A stretch of 63,064 bases of DNA, filler included, from Saprolegnia diclina VS20 (GCF_000281045.1; 5 parts of 2 records of this genome joined end to end with filler, not necessarily neighbours in it); one strand, 5' to 3'. Positions 22,607-34,068 are shown, counted from the whole stretch's first letter. Translations and numbers: made by a program. Notes: generated by a model from the sequence alone, not told the origin.

Positions 22607-24784
22607 TTAATGAAGCGAGAGCAGCGACTGCAACGCGGTCGAGCTCAGAGCCGCCGACGGCGAAGATTCTGCAATCGAATCTTGCGGGCTAGGGGTCGGT
22701 GCGACACGCGACAAGAGCGTCTCAACGTCAGCTTCATTGTCAGTAGCGTCATGAAACGCGGTCGTTGCCACCGTCATGTCCGTGTCTGTGACGTCGCTTG
22801 GCGTCTCGATGCCGTCATCGACAACGTCGACAGCTTCGCCCATGTCGTCGGCCAGGTGATCGTCGGCATCCTTCACAACAACGACCAGAGCACGCGCGTT
22901 GACGCTCGAGTCGTTCGAGGAGCTAGCACCAGCGTCGCGTGCTTCGTCAACGACAGCAATGGCGTCCGACCACATATCGACAGCGGCGGCGACTTCATCT
23001 TGAGCGTCTTCGGCAGCGATGGCATTCGACTCGTACTGTGTGGTTACCACTGCGTTGAGCTCGTCAACGGTGTCGACAAGAGCAACCGCTGCACCCTCGA
23101 GGTGGCCTTCGTCCGCCTCGACGACCAGCGACGCCTGCTCGACCTCGATCGTCCCGTCGATGGCATCCGACAACGGCGCGACAGCAACCTCGGGTGCGTC
23201 GACACCGTCCTCGTCAATGATACTGACACCGTCGTTGCTTTGGTCCGTGCTCGCGTCATGATCTTGGGCCTTGACCAAAAGCTCCGTCTCGACGTGCTCG
23301 GGCGTCACAGCCATGACAACGTCCACCGTCATCGCGTCATCCGCGATCTCATTTGCGACAAACGTCACACGCTCCACGGCATTGTCGACGCCGTCCTTGT
23401 CATCGAGCGCCGTCACACGACTCGAGACGTCGGTGGCAGCTTCAACCGGGTCAGCGACCGTCGAGCTGGTACTGACATCAACGGCGTCGCCTTGCGGAGC
23501 TACGTCACCGTCAACGTCCACGAGCACCGTGATTACGGCGGTGTCGTCCTTCGAGGCGAACGACAATGGTGCATCGATGGCGTTCGCCGTCGTAGGCACG
23601 CTCTCATGTAGCGTCGATGAGACTGAGACGACAGGCTGCAGCGCTTCACCGTGGCCAAGCGACACAAAGCGCGCTACGGCGTCAAGGTTGACAGTCACGT
23701 AGCCGGTCCCGACACCGAGGGTCGCAAGCCAGATAGCAGCCATGGCCATCACGGCCGCCTTCCAGAGCCCCGACGACGTCGGTGGCGGCGGTGGCAGCGC
23801 CCGAGCTTTGGTAGGCGTCGAGGCCGTCGCGGGCGCAGGACTTTGACGCGAGGTCTCGAGCGTCGTCAGCATCGTCCGCTGGAGCTGGGCGACATCGCTC
23901 ATCGCGGCCTTGACCGAGGCTTCGATCTTGTGCGCGTCGATCGACCCTCGGCGCGGCGAGCCTTTGGGCGCCGCCATCGTCTTGAGCTGCTCGACAAGGA
24001 GGTACTGCGTGTGCTCCGTCTGGTTCATAAACGCCTGCAGCGAGCTCTGGAGCATCGACACGTCGTCATTCGTGTCGTGACGCGGGTTGTTGGACACCGA
24101 GACGGTCGACAGCGCGTGCTTGAGCTGGTCGCGCTCGGCGGCAACGCGCTGCGATTCGGCAATTTGCTTTTTCAGCATTTCGTTTTTGATCGTGTGCTCG
24201 TTCTGGAGCTCCTTGATGACGTCCTCCATCGTCTTGAGCTGCGCTTGGACCTTCTGGACGACCGCCGCCATCTCCATCTCGTGCTTGCGCATCTTCATGC
24301 GCGAGAGCGAGTCGGAAATCTCGCTGCTGACGGCGAGCGCGCGCGGGTACGAGTGGTCGCGCAGCACCTTGCCAATGTTCTCGGCCGTCAAAGGCGGCGT
24401 CTCCCACGTCGTGTCGAGGCCACTCAGCGTCGTGTCCGAGCGACACTCGGCGAGCGCATCGTCGTCCAATGTTAACCGCAGGCTCGAGCCGGTGTGCGAG
24501 CGGGCAAGGCTATGCGGCTTGTCGTCCAACAGAGACGACCGCGTCGAGGCCGGGCTGCGCTGTGGCGGCGCCGCCTTGGCGTCAAAGTCGGCACCGAAAA
24601 ACACTTGCTTGTGGCGGTACAGCGGCGTCTCGCGCACGAGCGGGTCGTCGTCGGTCTCGTCGACGGTGCTCGAGGTTGCCGACGTGCTGCAGCGCGTGTT
24701 GCGGAAGAGCGGCGAGTGCAGCCGGCTGCGCGCGCTCACGACGTTGGCCTGGCATGTTCGGATGCGTCCGCGGGTGTCGACCAT
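22607..24784 (-). CDS. Hypothetical protein: N-terminal Ser-rich/coiled-coil region, single TM, long acidic Asp/Ala/Val/Thr-rich C-terminus
   Basis: 725-aa ORF with coding-like codon bias; heptad region MKMRKHEMEMAAVVQKVQAQLKTMEDVIKELQNE; TM LWKAAVMAMAAIWLATLGVGTGYV. Confidence 0.7.
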   Translation of the reverse strand: MVDTRGRIRTCQANVVSARSRLHSPLFRNTRCSTSATSSTVDETDDDPLVRETPLYRHKQVFFGADFDAKAAPPQRSPASTRSSLLDDKPHSLARSHTGSSLRLTLDDDALAECRSDTTLSGLDTTWETPPLTAENIGKVLRDHSYPRALAVSSEISDSLSRMKMRKHEMEMAAVVQKVQAQLKTMEDVIKELQNEHTIKNEMLKKQIAESQRVAAERDQLKHALSTVSVSNNPRHDTNDDVSMLQSSLQAFMNQTEHTQYLLVEQLKTMAAPKGSPRRGSIDAHKIEASVKAAMSDVAQLQRTMLTTLETSRQSPAPATASTPTKARALPPPPPTSSGLWKAAVMAMAAIWLATLGVGTGYVTVNLDAVARFVSLGHGEALQPVVSVSSTLHESVPTTANAIDAPLSFASKDDTAVITVLVDVDGDVAPQGDAVDVSTSSTVADPVEAATDVSSRVTALDDKDGVDNAVERVTFVANEIADDAMTVDVVMAVTPEHVETELLVKAQDHDASTDQSNDGVSIIDEDGVDAPEVAVAPLSDAIDGTIEVEQASLVVEADEGHLEGAAVALVDTVDELNAVVTTQYESNAIAAEDAQDEVAAAVDMWSDAIAVVDEARDAGASSSNDSSVNARALVVVVKDADDHLADDMGEAVDVVDDGIETPSDVTDTDMTVATTAFHDATDNEADVETLLSRVAPTPSPQDSIAESSPSAALSSTALQSLLSLH

Positions 24785-25220
24785 GCTGCTACGGTCGGCG
24801 GTGGCAGGTTGGCCTGGCAGCGAACCGGCAAACTCGGAAAATGCGGAACTGCATGACGCCGGGTCGTGGCGAATGGCAGCGCCGATGCTCTATATTTGTT
24901 TTTAACAAGGTATCAATTATGCAAGGTTTTAGGTGTACTTATCTTAAAGAAATTGCTTGCCACAAGAATTACTACATACAGAATATACAAAAGCACAGGT
25001 TTGCTGGCGTGCACTCTGTTAAGTCCGGTTGAAGCATATACAAAAAACAAGCTGTTGAAATCCAAAGCTGCATACAAACAACAAGAGGAATGCGATAAGT
25101 GCGCTTTGGCCAAATGCTGGCGTCTCCATGCGCCACGCGATGGACGGGTCTTTACCTCCGTAAGACCTTGGGAATATTGGGGATTCCCTCGGTAAGGACG
25201 TGTCGATAGCACGCTAAAGC

Positions 25221-25307
25221 GCACGACCCTTCCTCCTTCTCTGCTTCCTAGTCGCTTTAGCTAGTCGCTAAAGCGACTAGGAAGCAGAGAAGGAGGAAGG
25301 GTCGTGC
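25221..25307. repeat. Perfect 41-bp inverted repeat with 5-nt loop
   Basis: GCACGACCCTTCCTCCTTCTCTGCTTCCTAGTCGCTTTAGC (25221-25261), TAGTC, then the exact reverse complement (25267-25307). Confidence 0.95.
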
Positions 25308-25955
25308 AACGAGGTCGTTGGCGAAAATGATGAGAAATTACGTACGAACGGCCTTGTGGGAGGACCGGAAGCGCGTCAAGAGGACCGTGATGGGCGGATC
25401 GAGAACTGGAAGGTTGATGGACGTCGTTGGGAAGGAACAAAGAACAGTCCTACTTGGAGCTCTTGTAGCAAATAAAGATCGTCGGCGTGCCGCAGACATT
25501 TGCATTGTGTAACGAACGCAGCGTCTTGACTATTCTTTCAAGTCGACGCTTGACGCAACAGGACGATGAATTGGCAGAAACCTCTTTCCTTGGTTTCAGC
25601 TACGGTGCCACGTTTTCCCGCTTCAACAAGTGGATACGGAGGCTTCGATTTTAGTAGTCTAGTACAACGAAGATAACGCGAACCATGTTCATATTTAGTA
25701 GCCGCTGCTAGCTTTCGGCTCACCAATTACAAAGAATGTACACCCATGCTGCGAGCATAGCACGCCCCAAACGTCGGTCGCGGACACGTGCTCTCTCGTC
25801 ATCAAGAAGAGCTACGTCCACGGAGCCGGCAGCATTATCTGCAACTAATCATGTGTCGCGACTCGCAACCAACTTGGATCCAACCTTGTCGTAGCATTGT
25901 GCGAGGTATCCCATCTTCAGACGACCACCACAATTATGTCCAACAAAAAATACAT

Positions 25956-26525
25956 TTACTTGGTCGCGCGGTTCTTGGTCAAGGCGTAGTTGGCTTGGAT
26001 CTCCTTCTCCGTCGTGCAGCTCCAGCCGGCCGGGCGGCAAAACCGACGCAGCGTCGCGTGCGACTCGGGAATATCGGTGGCCTCGACGAGCCACGTGTCC
26101 GAGTAGTCGAACGCCGGGCTCACGGCCTCCGAGACAAGGCCAAAGTTGATGGACGTATCGAGCACCTCAGCGCCCTTCCACCAGCCGCCCGGGCACGTAA
26201 ACTGCAGTACGTGGCCAAGGTGCACGTCCGGGCCAAGAATGAGCTCGGTCGTCTCGAGCGTCGTAGGGTTGACCATGACGTACCGAATCGCGCTGCCCGC
26301 TTGCCAGAAATGGGCAATCTCGGACCGGTTGACGTGGATAAACATAACCGGTTGGACCATGTAAAAGATGGTCGAGAGGCAGCCGCGGGTCGGCGGGCCG
26401 TCCCAGCCCGGCGTCGCCATGAGGTTCGTCGACCGGTGCTGGACCGCGTAGTACCCGTTCTCTTCCGGGTGCGGCAGCATCGGGATGTGCTCAATGTAGT
26501 ACGCGGCGTCGCGCTCGTTGCTCAT
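25956..26525 (-). CDS. Cupin_5/DUF985 family cupin (YML079W/Cff1-like)
   Basis: Family-typical motifs LPHPEENGYY, STIFYM, HVNRSEIAHFWQAG, LGPDVHLGHVLQFTCPGGWWKGA and GLVSEAVSPAFDYSD; intronless, 189 aa. Confidence 0.85.
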   Translation of the reverse strand: MSNERDAAYYIEHIPMLPHPEENGYYAVQHRSTNLMATPGWDGPPTRGCLSTIFYMVQPVMFIHVNRSEIAHFWQAGSAIRYVMVNPTTLETTELILGPDVHLGHVLQFTCPGGWWKGAEVLDTSINFGLVSEAVSPAFDYSDTWLVEATDIPESHATLRRFCRPAGWSCTTEKEIQANYALTKNRATK

Positions 26526-27599
26526 GAAAAACCGTGGTAAAATCGAAACTGCACGGGCTCCAATGATCGCGACGGACCACCAGCTGGTGACTTTGGCTTC
26601 GATGCGTGCGACAACTTGAAGTCATCCAGGCGCGCGAGACGGATAAAGGCCAGTGCCGAACACGCCAACACGCTATAAGTGCTTGGCAAAGTCGCCTCTG
26701 CGCGGTTGGTTGAGAGTGAAGGCGAAGGACTCGTGGCCTCCGCAATGACAACGTTCGATGAGCGCCCCCCACAGTCAACTCTTGCCACGTGAGCAGGTTG
26801 TGTCAATGAATATAGGAAGAGCTACTAGTTTATTGCATATATACAGCTAGCGAGGCAAGTGCGAGCCTCTCGACGGCACGATGCTGCTTTTGCCTGTTAC
26901 ACGAAGCTTGAACTCAAAACGAATCGTGGAGCGCACGCTCCTGGAACTATTATAGTTACGCATCGCCAAGCCGCACCATCTTCAATAGGCTGCCATTTCA
27001 CCAAGCATACAATGGTTTTTCATTGTCTAGAGTTGCCATCAACATCAATGGAAATCGATATGGCCGTTGGAATTGAATGTTATCGGTGTAGAAAACGCGT
27101 GCTTTTCAGTGCTCACATGGACTGCCATGATCGCAACAATGGAATCTTCGAGATCTTTGGACTCGAACCTGGATCTACCTGGTGGTAAACGAGTGTCGAA
27201 ACCGCTACTAAAGAAGTCGACAAGAACCACGCCTTCTTGACGGCATCGAGCAGAAATGATGACGTCATTGAGGTTTAGGGCTACGACCAATGAGAGGACG
27301 ACACATGTCCACAGACCTAGCAACTGATAGCAACTATAATATGACAGCGCTCTCGCGTCGCGACATGGCGTGATGCTTGTGGTTTTATTTCAATTGTGTC
27401 TACGCGGCAGTCTGCCAATGTACAGTGCATCAACGCATGACCATTGCATACAAACTTAAAGCTTTACAATATATGGTATTCAAGTCACATCAATTTATGG
27501 TTTTGTGTGGATCAAAAGCCGAAACATTCATATATTCTGTCGCTGGAGGTAATTTGAGAAAAGCTCTCATTTTGGATCAGCGAAATGCGGACGATACGA

Positions 27600-28196
27600 T
27601 GCTCCCTGTCCTCCTGTACAACTGCGGCGCGTGAGCCCTGACGCCAACCAGCCTTGACAGCTTCCATCGCCGGCAGCTGCGTCGTCTGCTCGGGATCTTC
27701 CACCCGAACACGCTTGCCGACGTTGCGCTCTACAAACGCTGCGACAGCGAACCGTTGAGTACGATCGTCGCCCGCCAGCGTTGGCGCCTTCTAGGCCACG
27801 TGCTGCGGCTGGGTCGCAACATCCCGGCCAACGTAGCGGCGGACCGCTTCTTCGCCCCATCGGAGGCGCCCCGTTTCTCAGGCCGCACCAAGATCACGAT
27901 GTCGATCTGCACCGCGACCTCCAGTCGCTGACGCCGCCTCGGTCGCTGGCGACTCCCGACGATCTTGACACACTGCGTAGCTTTGCCGCCGACCGCGACG
28001 CCTGGAAGGATATGACCGACCGTGTGCCTCACCCGCAGCCACAAGCGTCGTAGGGCGACGACAGAAGCCCCCGCGCCGCAGCCTGCGCAGCCACGCCCGG
28101 CGAGCGAATGAAGAAGAAGGAGATTGTTAGTCTCTACGTATGCGAAGTCTTTGTGTATTTATGAAGACAACGGGAAACACGTTCATATATATATAG
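27600..28196 (+). mobile_element. 5'-truncated, degenerate RTE-like non-LTR retrotransposon (C-terminal end of ORF plus 3' UTR)
   Basis: Reads LPVLLYNCGA*ALT..LDSFHRRQLRRLLGI..LYKRC..PLSTIVARQRWRLLGHVLR..PAN..GRTKIT, frameshift, then LHRDL..DLDTLRSFAADRDAWKDM* (stop 28053). These are typical post-RT motifs of RTE-type LINEs, followed by (GAA)n and a (TA)n tail. Confidence 0.8.
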
Positions 28197-28358
28197 TGTG
28201 AACGATTGGATCCGACCGCAATCCAGTGACGTGCTTCAGATCGGGTGTGTTGTGAGGATCGCATAGCCACAGCAGGACCATTGTCGTCCAAACTAGTTGC
28301 CAGGGGCTACACCGACGCGGCAGTGCGGCGTGATTTCGGTCCCGGTAAGACCTGAGGT

Positions 28359-28430
28359 AACACCTGGTCGTCACTAAACACCTGGTCGTCTCTAAACACC
28401 TGGTCGTCTCTAAACACCTGGTCGTCTCTA
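28359..28430 (+). repeat. 18-bp tandem repeat x4
   Basis: AACACCTGGTCGTC(A/T)CTA repeated four times with no spacers. Confidence 0.95.
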
Positions 28431-28830
28431 CGGCAGAAGATGAGTGGATTCATAATGAGATTGCGTGTGATCGTAGCGGTTGCAGCTCCTCCCACGCTTC
28501 AAGCGTCGTCATACCTGGCAACATTCTACTATAGGACGGCCTGTCCACAGAAAGGCGAACACGCGAATTGCCTCCTATAATAGCAAGGCTCCTCTACACT
28601 GCTATGCAAAGCACTCTCCCTACGACACGACACAAGGGTATCGCTCGTGACGATGGCGACGAGACACATGCGACATGTCCCACGCTACTTCAGCAACAAC
28701 AGGCGCGCGAAGCCGCTGCAGACGACCGACTCGGCTCCGACAGGCGCCATGGGTGACACGCTTCTCGACGTCGACGCGCCCGATTGTTCACAGACAGCGA
28801 TCCGGTTTACCGCACTTTTCAAGTGGCTTC

Positions 28831-31505
28831 ATGCGACGCAGTCTCTGCTTGTTTGCTCTCTGTGTACCGGTCAGCGTCACGGCCCAGAGCCTCGAGGCCG
28901 AGTGCGCTCGTTATGGCCGCAATACCTCATCGTCCGACTGGCTTGTGTACACCAACGACGCCTACTGCGCAACGCCTGCCTTTGGCTGCCTCCTCAACAC
29001 GGCTTCGTGCTCGTCGGCGAATGCAACTAAAGCGATGTGGGGCTTGTGGTCCACGCTGGCGCTCAAGCTCCCGCTTTGCAACGCGGTGGGGAACATTGCC
29101 TCGCTCAATGCTTCGTCCATGTACGTATATATTGCAGCAACGTGGCCCCATCTATATCTCTCTAGCTGGCTTCGGGATCAGCCGTCTGTGGACATGAAGG
29201 ACGCGATCTTGCCATCCACACTGAACGAGCTGTACGTGACAAGCGTATTTCCCAAATGCACTTGGTTGACTAGGTACATCATGAATACGTCCGTGCACGC
29301 GCTTTTCGACTCGCCGCGTCAAAAAAGCATCCTCCCCGAGGCGCTCACGACCTTGTTCGTGCATCTGATTGTCGACGACGGTTCGCTTATCGCTCATTGT
29401 TGTAGTATGGCCGGAAACGCGCAGCTTGGCGAGACTGCAGCCACATTTATCTGGCCCTCCGGCCTGGACCGGCTGTACTCTCACGAAACTGGCGTCCACT
29501 GACAAATGCCACGGGGTTAGGAGTCTCAAGAACGTCAGCGTGAACGCAATGCCGCGCATTGTGGCGCCGGTCTTGCGCGAACTGTACAAAGATGTACATC
29601 TCGCGAGTCGTAGCTCATCCAGTGCGCTCGTCTAGCCACCTCGAAAACTTCACGTCGTCGTCCAAGATGCTGGATCTCATTCCGACGCGGTCCCCGTCGC
29701 TCATGTACACATCTATCTATCACTGTATCACCTTGATACATCGATACTAGGACGTTACGCGACGACAGCATGACGAGCATTGTCGACCGCAACTGGTCTG
29801 GCACAATCTCCTTGTACGACCTCCACAGTACACCTTGGCGTTTCGTGACTATGTGGTTAGGGAATTGTCGGACAACCCGAATCTGCGCACGATCACCAAC
29901 CTCACTCTGTCCCCTGGCCTGCGCTACTTGTACCGCCTTGTCACCTCCGATTCCTATTGATCTTATGGGCACCTTATAGTGGCTGCAGAAACTGCTCGCT
30001 GACCAGTATTACGCTGTACCAGACGTCGTTTGAGGCCTTCGACCGCCTTGGGTACAGCGTGCCCGTGGGCGATTTTGGCTTGAGAAACCCTGCTGGCGTG
30101 GCGATCGACGCCAACGTCCCAGCCGACGCTACCGCGTGCACTGCGCGCAACGGTACTGTTCAGACGCTCCAGAAGCTGCTCACCTCCCGCTTCAATGTGC
30201 AAATCTGCGTCCTCCCAAGTACGCTACGTTGTGTTCAGCATATACGAGCCTCTACTGATTTTCCTAACTATTAGATCCACCGATTGCTACGCCGACGTCC
30301 GTGGCTTCCACATCCAGCAGCAGTACAAACACGATCGAGGCAGCACATATGGACTCTTTATGCTAGACACGGGCCTGATCGTCGGCTGCACCGTCGGTGG
30401 CGTCGTCGTACTGAGTCTCCTAACTGCGCTTTTGTTTCGCCGCCGCGCCAAGCGTGCAAACACTGACACGACCTACTATGACCTTGCAACATACAACGGT
30501 ACCCAAGGCACCGGTGACTACAGCGAGATGGGTCTCAACGTCGACGACCTCCGCATGCACAAGCTCGACGTCGGCGATTATGTTGTCACGGCCAAGAAAC
30601 CACTGGCGTCCGGTGCCTTTGGCGAAGTTTGGCTTGGCGCGTACGGCAACGACAAGGTCGCGATCAAGCGCATCAAGGACCGCCGCGTCGAGAGCGTCCG
30701 CAAGTTTATCGACGAAATCACGCTCATGGCCAAGTACGTTATCGCTATTTGTGGAAAATATTGTCTTCTATGTTGTGGACTAGGATGGACAGTGATTTCA
30801 TTGTCGCGTTCGTCGGCGTCGGGTGGCGCCGACCGATCGAGATTGAAGTCATCGTCGAGTACATGGACCTTGGCGACCTCTGCAACTACCTCCGGACAAC
30901 GTCCTCGGCTCAGTTTGACTGGCGCCAAAAGACGTCGACGATCATGAGCATCGTCCGCGGTCTTGTCTACCTCCATACGTTTGAGCCGGCGATCATCCAT
31001 CGCGACCTCAAGTCCCGGAACGTCCTCTTGGATGCCAAGAAGGGGACCAAGCTCACCGACTTTGGCGCGTCTCGTGAAGCGTCCGACGCCAACATGACCA
31101 ACGGCATTGGTACATACCAGTGGATGGCGCCCGAAGTCATCATGGGCACCGACTATACGATCGCCGCCGACATTTACTCGTTTGGTACTAAGATCTCTCC
31201 GGAGATTAGGGTTTATGGATATTTGTGATGATGCTGCTGCTGTAGGCGTCATCTTGTCCGAGTTGAGTACGCACGCCGTGCCGTACGGTGACGTGATCAA
31301 CCCCGCAACGGGCCGCGCGTACACGCAGCAAGCTATCATGGCCAAGGTGACGTCGGGGGAGCTGCGACCAACGTTCGAGTCGGTGACGACACCAACGTGG
31401 GTGCGCGAGATGGGTCACCAGTGCCTGGCAGCGTCGCCCGAGGACCGCCCGACGGCTCTTTTGCTCACGTCGATGGTGCAGCGCGCCATGTCTCAGTCGG
31501 TGTAG
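28831..31505 (+). CDS. LRR receptor-like TKL kinase A (signal peptide, Cys-rich cap, LRR mini-exons, TM, kinase)
   Basis: Signal peptide MRRSLCLFALCVPVSVTA. LRR exons 29166-29231, 29274-29354, 29406-29474, 29521-29583, 29636-29704, 29751-29813, 29861-29929. TM GLIVGCTVGGVVVLSLLTALLF; kinase motifs LASGAFGEVW, VAIK, HRDLKSRN, DFG, GTYQWMAPE. Confidence 0.9.
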
Positions 31506-31674
31506 GCTCTATCGTGACGCCGGAACCCAACGATACCAAGTCCTATGGTAGTACATATTTCTATCCAATTTTCAAATTTTCCGAACAGATCATTGCTGTA
31601 TACACTATGAACTAACATTGTTTTACATGGACTATTGCATCCAGGATGCACGCTCCTGGGTCGCACAAAACGCA

Positions 31675-34068
31675 CTAGTACTCGGTAGCCGCTTGGACAA
31701 AGTCCCGGACGAGCACCGTGAGCTCGAGTGTCGTCGGTCGCTGCGTCGGGTCCAGCGACAAGCACCGATTCCCGACCTCGAGCAACCAGCTTGGAGCCGC
31801 CTCTGCGAACGTGGGTCGCAGTGCACCGGATGTGACTTTCGACAAGATGGCTTGCTGACTCAGTGCTCGGCCGGACGAGGCGTTCAAAGCATCGCTGTAG
31901 GGAACCTTGTGCGTACTCATCTCAGACAAAATGACACCTACACAAGATCAAACATCAGAAACATCAGAACCCTAGCCCCAGATTGCCCTAGCCCTAGACC
32001 GTACCAAACGAGTAAATGTCGGCGGCCACCGTATACTCGGTGCCGAGAATGACTTCGGGCGCCATCCACTGGAACGTGCCAATGCCGTTCGTGAGCGTCT
32101 TTTGGTCGTCGAGAATTCGTGAAGTGCCAAAGTCGCTGAGTTTGGTTCCGTTTCTCGAATCCAAAAGCACATTGCGCGACTTGAGATCGCGGTGGATGAT
32201 CACCGGCTCAAACGTATGCAGAAACACGAGACCGTACACGATGCTCTCGAGGATCGTCGCCTTTGTACTCCACGACACATTTTCCAGCGTGGACGCGGCG
32301 AGGAAGCTGCGCAGGTCGCCGAGGTCGCAGTACTCGACGACGGCCTCAATGTCCATGAGGCGGCGCCAGCGCACACCCAGCAGTCGGACAATGTACGGGC
32401 TCTCGAGTCTACATCCAGAGAATGTCAACATAGCAATGATAGAATAGGAAGTAGAGACGTGTGGAGGAGCAGAATCTCGTGGATAAAGTCGTGGACAGAG
32501 GCGGGCGATGGACTCTTGACGCGCTTGAGAGCGACGGTGGTGTGGGCGTAGATACCGCGCCAGACGTCGCCGTACGCACCCGAGGCGAGTGGCTTGGTGC
32601 CGCAGAGAACGATGGCGTCGGCGTCGATCTGGAGCATATGGAGCGTCGCAATTTGACTCGGTCGGAGCGTCGATGCGAGGTAGTCGTCGTTGGCTGTTCG
32701 GCGCGTCTTGACCGCACGGCGCCCGCGCCGAATGGCGTAAACAGAGAAGAGGATGATACACACAAGGACAAAGCTCCCTCCAAGATAGATAGATGTGGTG
32801 TAAGGGTACATCCAGGGATAGTCGTCGTAGGCGTCTATGCAGCAACAGTAGTCTAGACTATAATTTGTGTGGTACACATGACAGTACCCGTCTCCGGGCG
32901 GTTGCGGTCGGGGATGCAGACTGACGTGGCTTCCCACAGACGCTTGATTTGGCCACGCGCGGCCGTGCACTGCGCCACGTCTTGCTGAATACGGTTGACG
33001 CGGTAGCCACTCGTTGCGTTTGGCGAGGCTGGCGCTAGGGCTGCGAGTGCTGCGTACGTAGCATTGCTGACCATGAGACTTGAGATGTTGCAGTCGTCGC
33101 AGGTACTACGCTCGCCAATGTCAAAACAGGATCAGAACCAAAGTGCAGGATACAAGTAGCGCAGCTCGGTCGACACTTCGAGTCGCAAGATTGGCGTGCG
33201 CACGCCAACAAGCTCTCTACATCCTCAATGTCCAAACCGTAGCCATCGATGATTGGAGTGTGTACAGGGTGCGCAGTCCTTTGAGAGATAGCGAGAGAGG
33301 GAAGGTGTCCCAGCGTGTGACGCACTTGTCGAGGACGCTGCCGATGCGGTCAAAAGTGGTCGACAATTGAGAACGTACAGATGCTGCAGAGAATCACCGA
33401 CGCCGTTGAGCCAAAAGTCGCCCAAGCGCGAGTTCCGGAGCTCACTACGTAGCATTGAGACAGGGATCTTGTCGGTACAGTATTCGGCGTACAGTCGTCG
33501 GAGGTGCTCCAGTCGCCAGAACTGGAGCGTGCCTTGCACCGAACAGTTGCGCAGTGTCCTATATACATAAATTGCGCCTTTGAGGGGACTACATGAGACT
33601 TCATACATGCTCTCGAGGGCACGCGGCAGCTGCAGTTGCTCGAACGCGCCGATCGACGGCCCCATGTGCGCGTTTGACTCGGCGTCGATCGTCGCCTGCT
33701 CAAACACTCTGCGCAGACGCATGAGCCCAAGGTTCGACGCCATCCTACTCACAAGGCGCGCAAATCGACGGGGAACTGTAGATAGGTGTGCACACTCGTG
33801 GCGCTCTGCACGTGCGCGAGTTCTCTAGTCCCCGATTCAATGACAGAATTGACCAAATAAGGACGTACAGTGTGTCGTATGGGTATCGCGAGAGGTCGCC
33901 CAGCAACCAGTGGCTCTCTAGATCAAAGCGCGTGGCGTTGACCGGCAAGACCTGAGCGATTGCGCAGTTGCGGTCGAGAAGGCAGGTCGCCGCCGCACCG
34001 CACGAGCCGTCGGCCACGAGCACGCGCTGCTGGTCGCTGAGGTCGCTGTAGCCGCACTCCTTTTGCAT
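31675..34068 (-). CDS. LRR receptor-like TKL kinase B (no evident signal peptide)
   Basis: MQKECGYSDLSDQQRVLVADGSC cap; phase-2 LRR mini-exons; TM IYLGGSFVLVCIILFSVYAI; LASGAYGDVW, HRDLKSRN, DFG, GTFQWMAPE; ends RDFVQAATEY*. Confidence 0.85.

Noticed and set aside
22610..24905. Long plus-strand ORFs antisense to the 725-aa gene, and similar shadow ORFs throughout
   Set aside because: Expected by-product of GC3-rich codon usage; no recognisable motifs.
28359..28430. Possible CRISPR array
   Set aside because: Repeats are contiguous with no unique spacers, there are no cas genes, and the context is eukaryotic.
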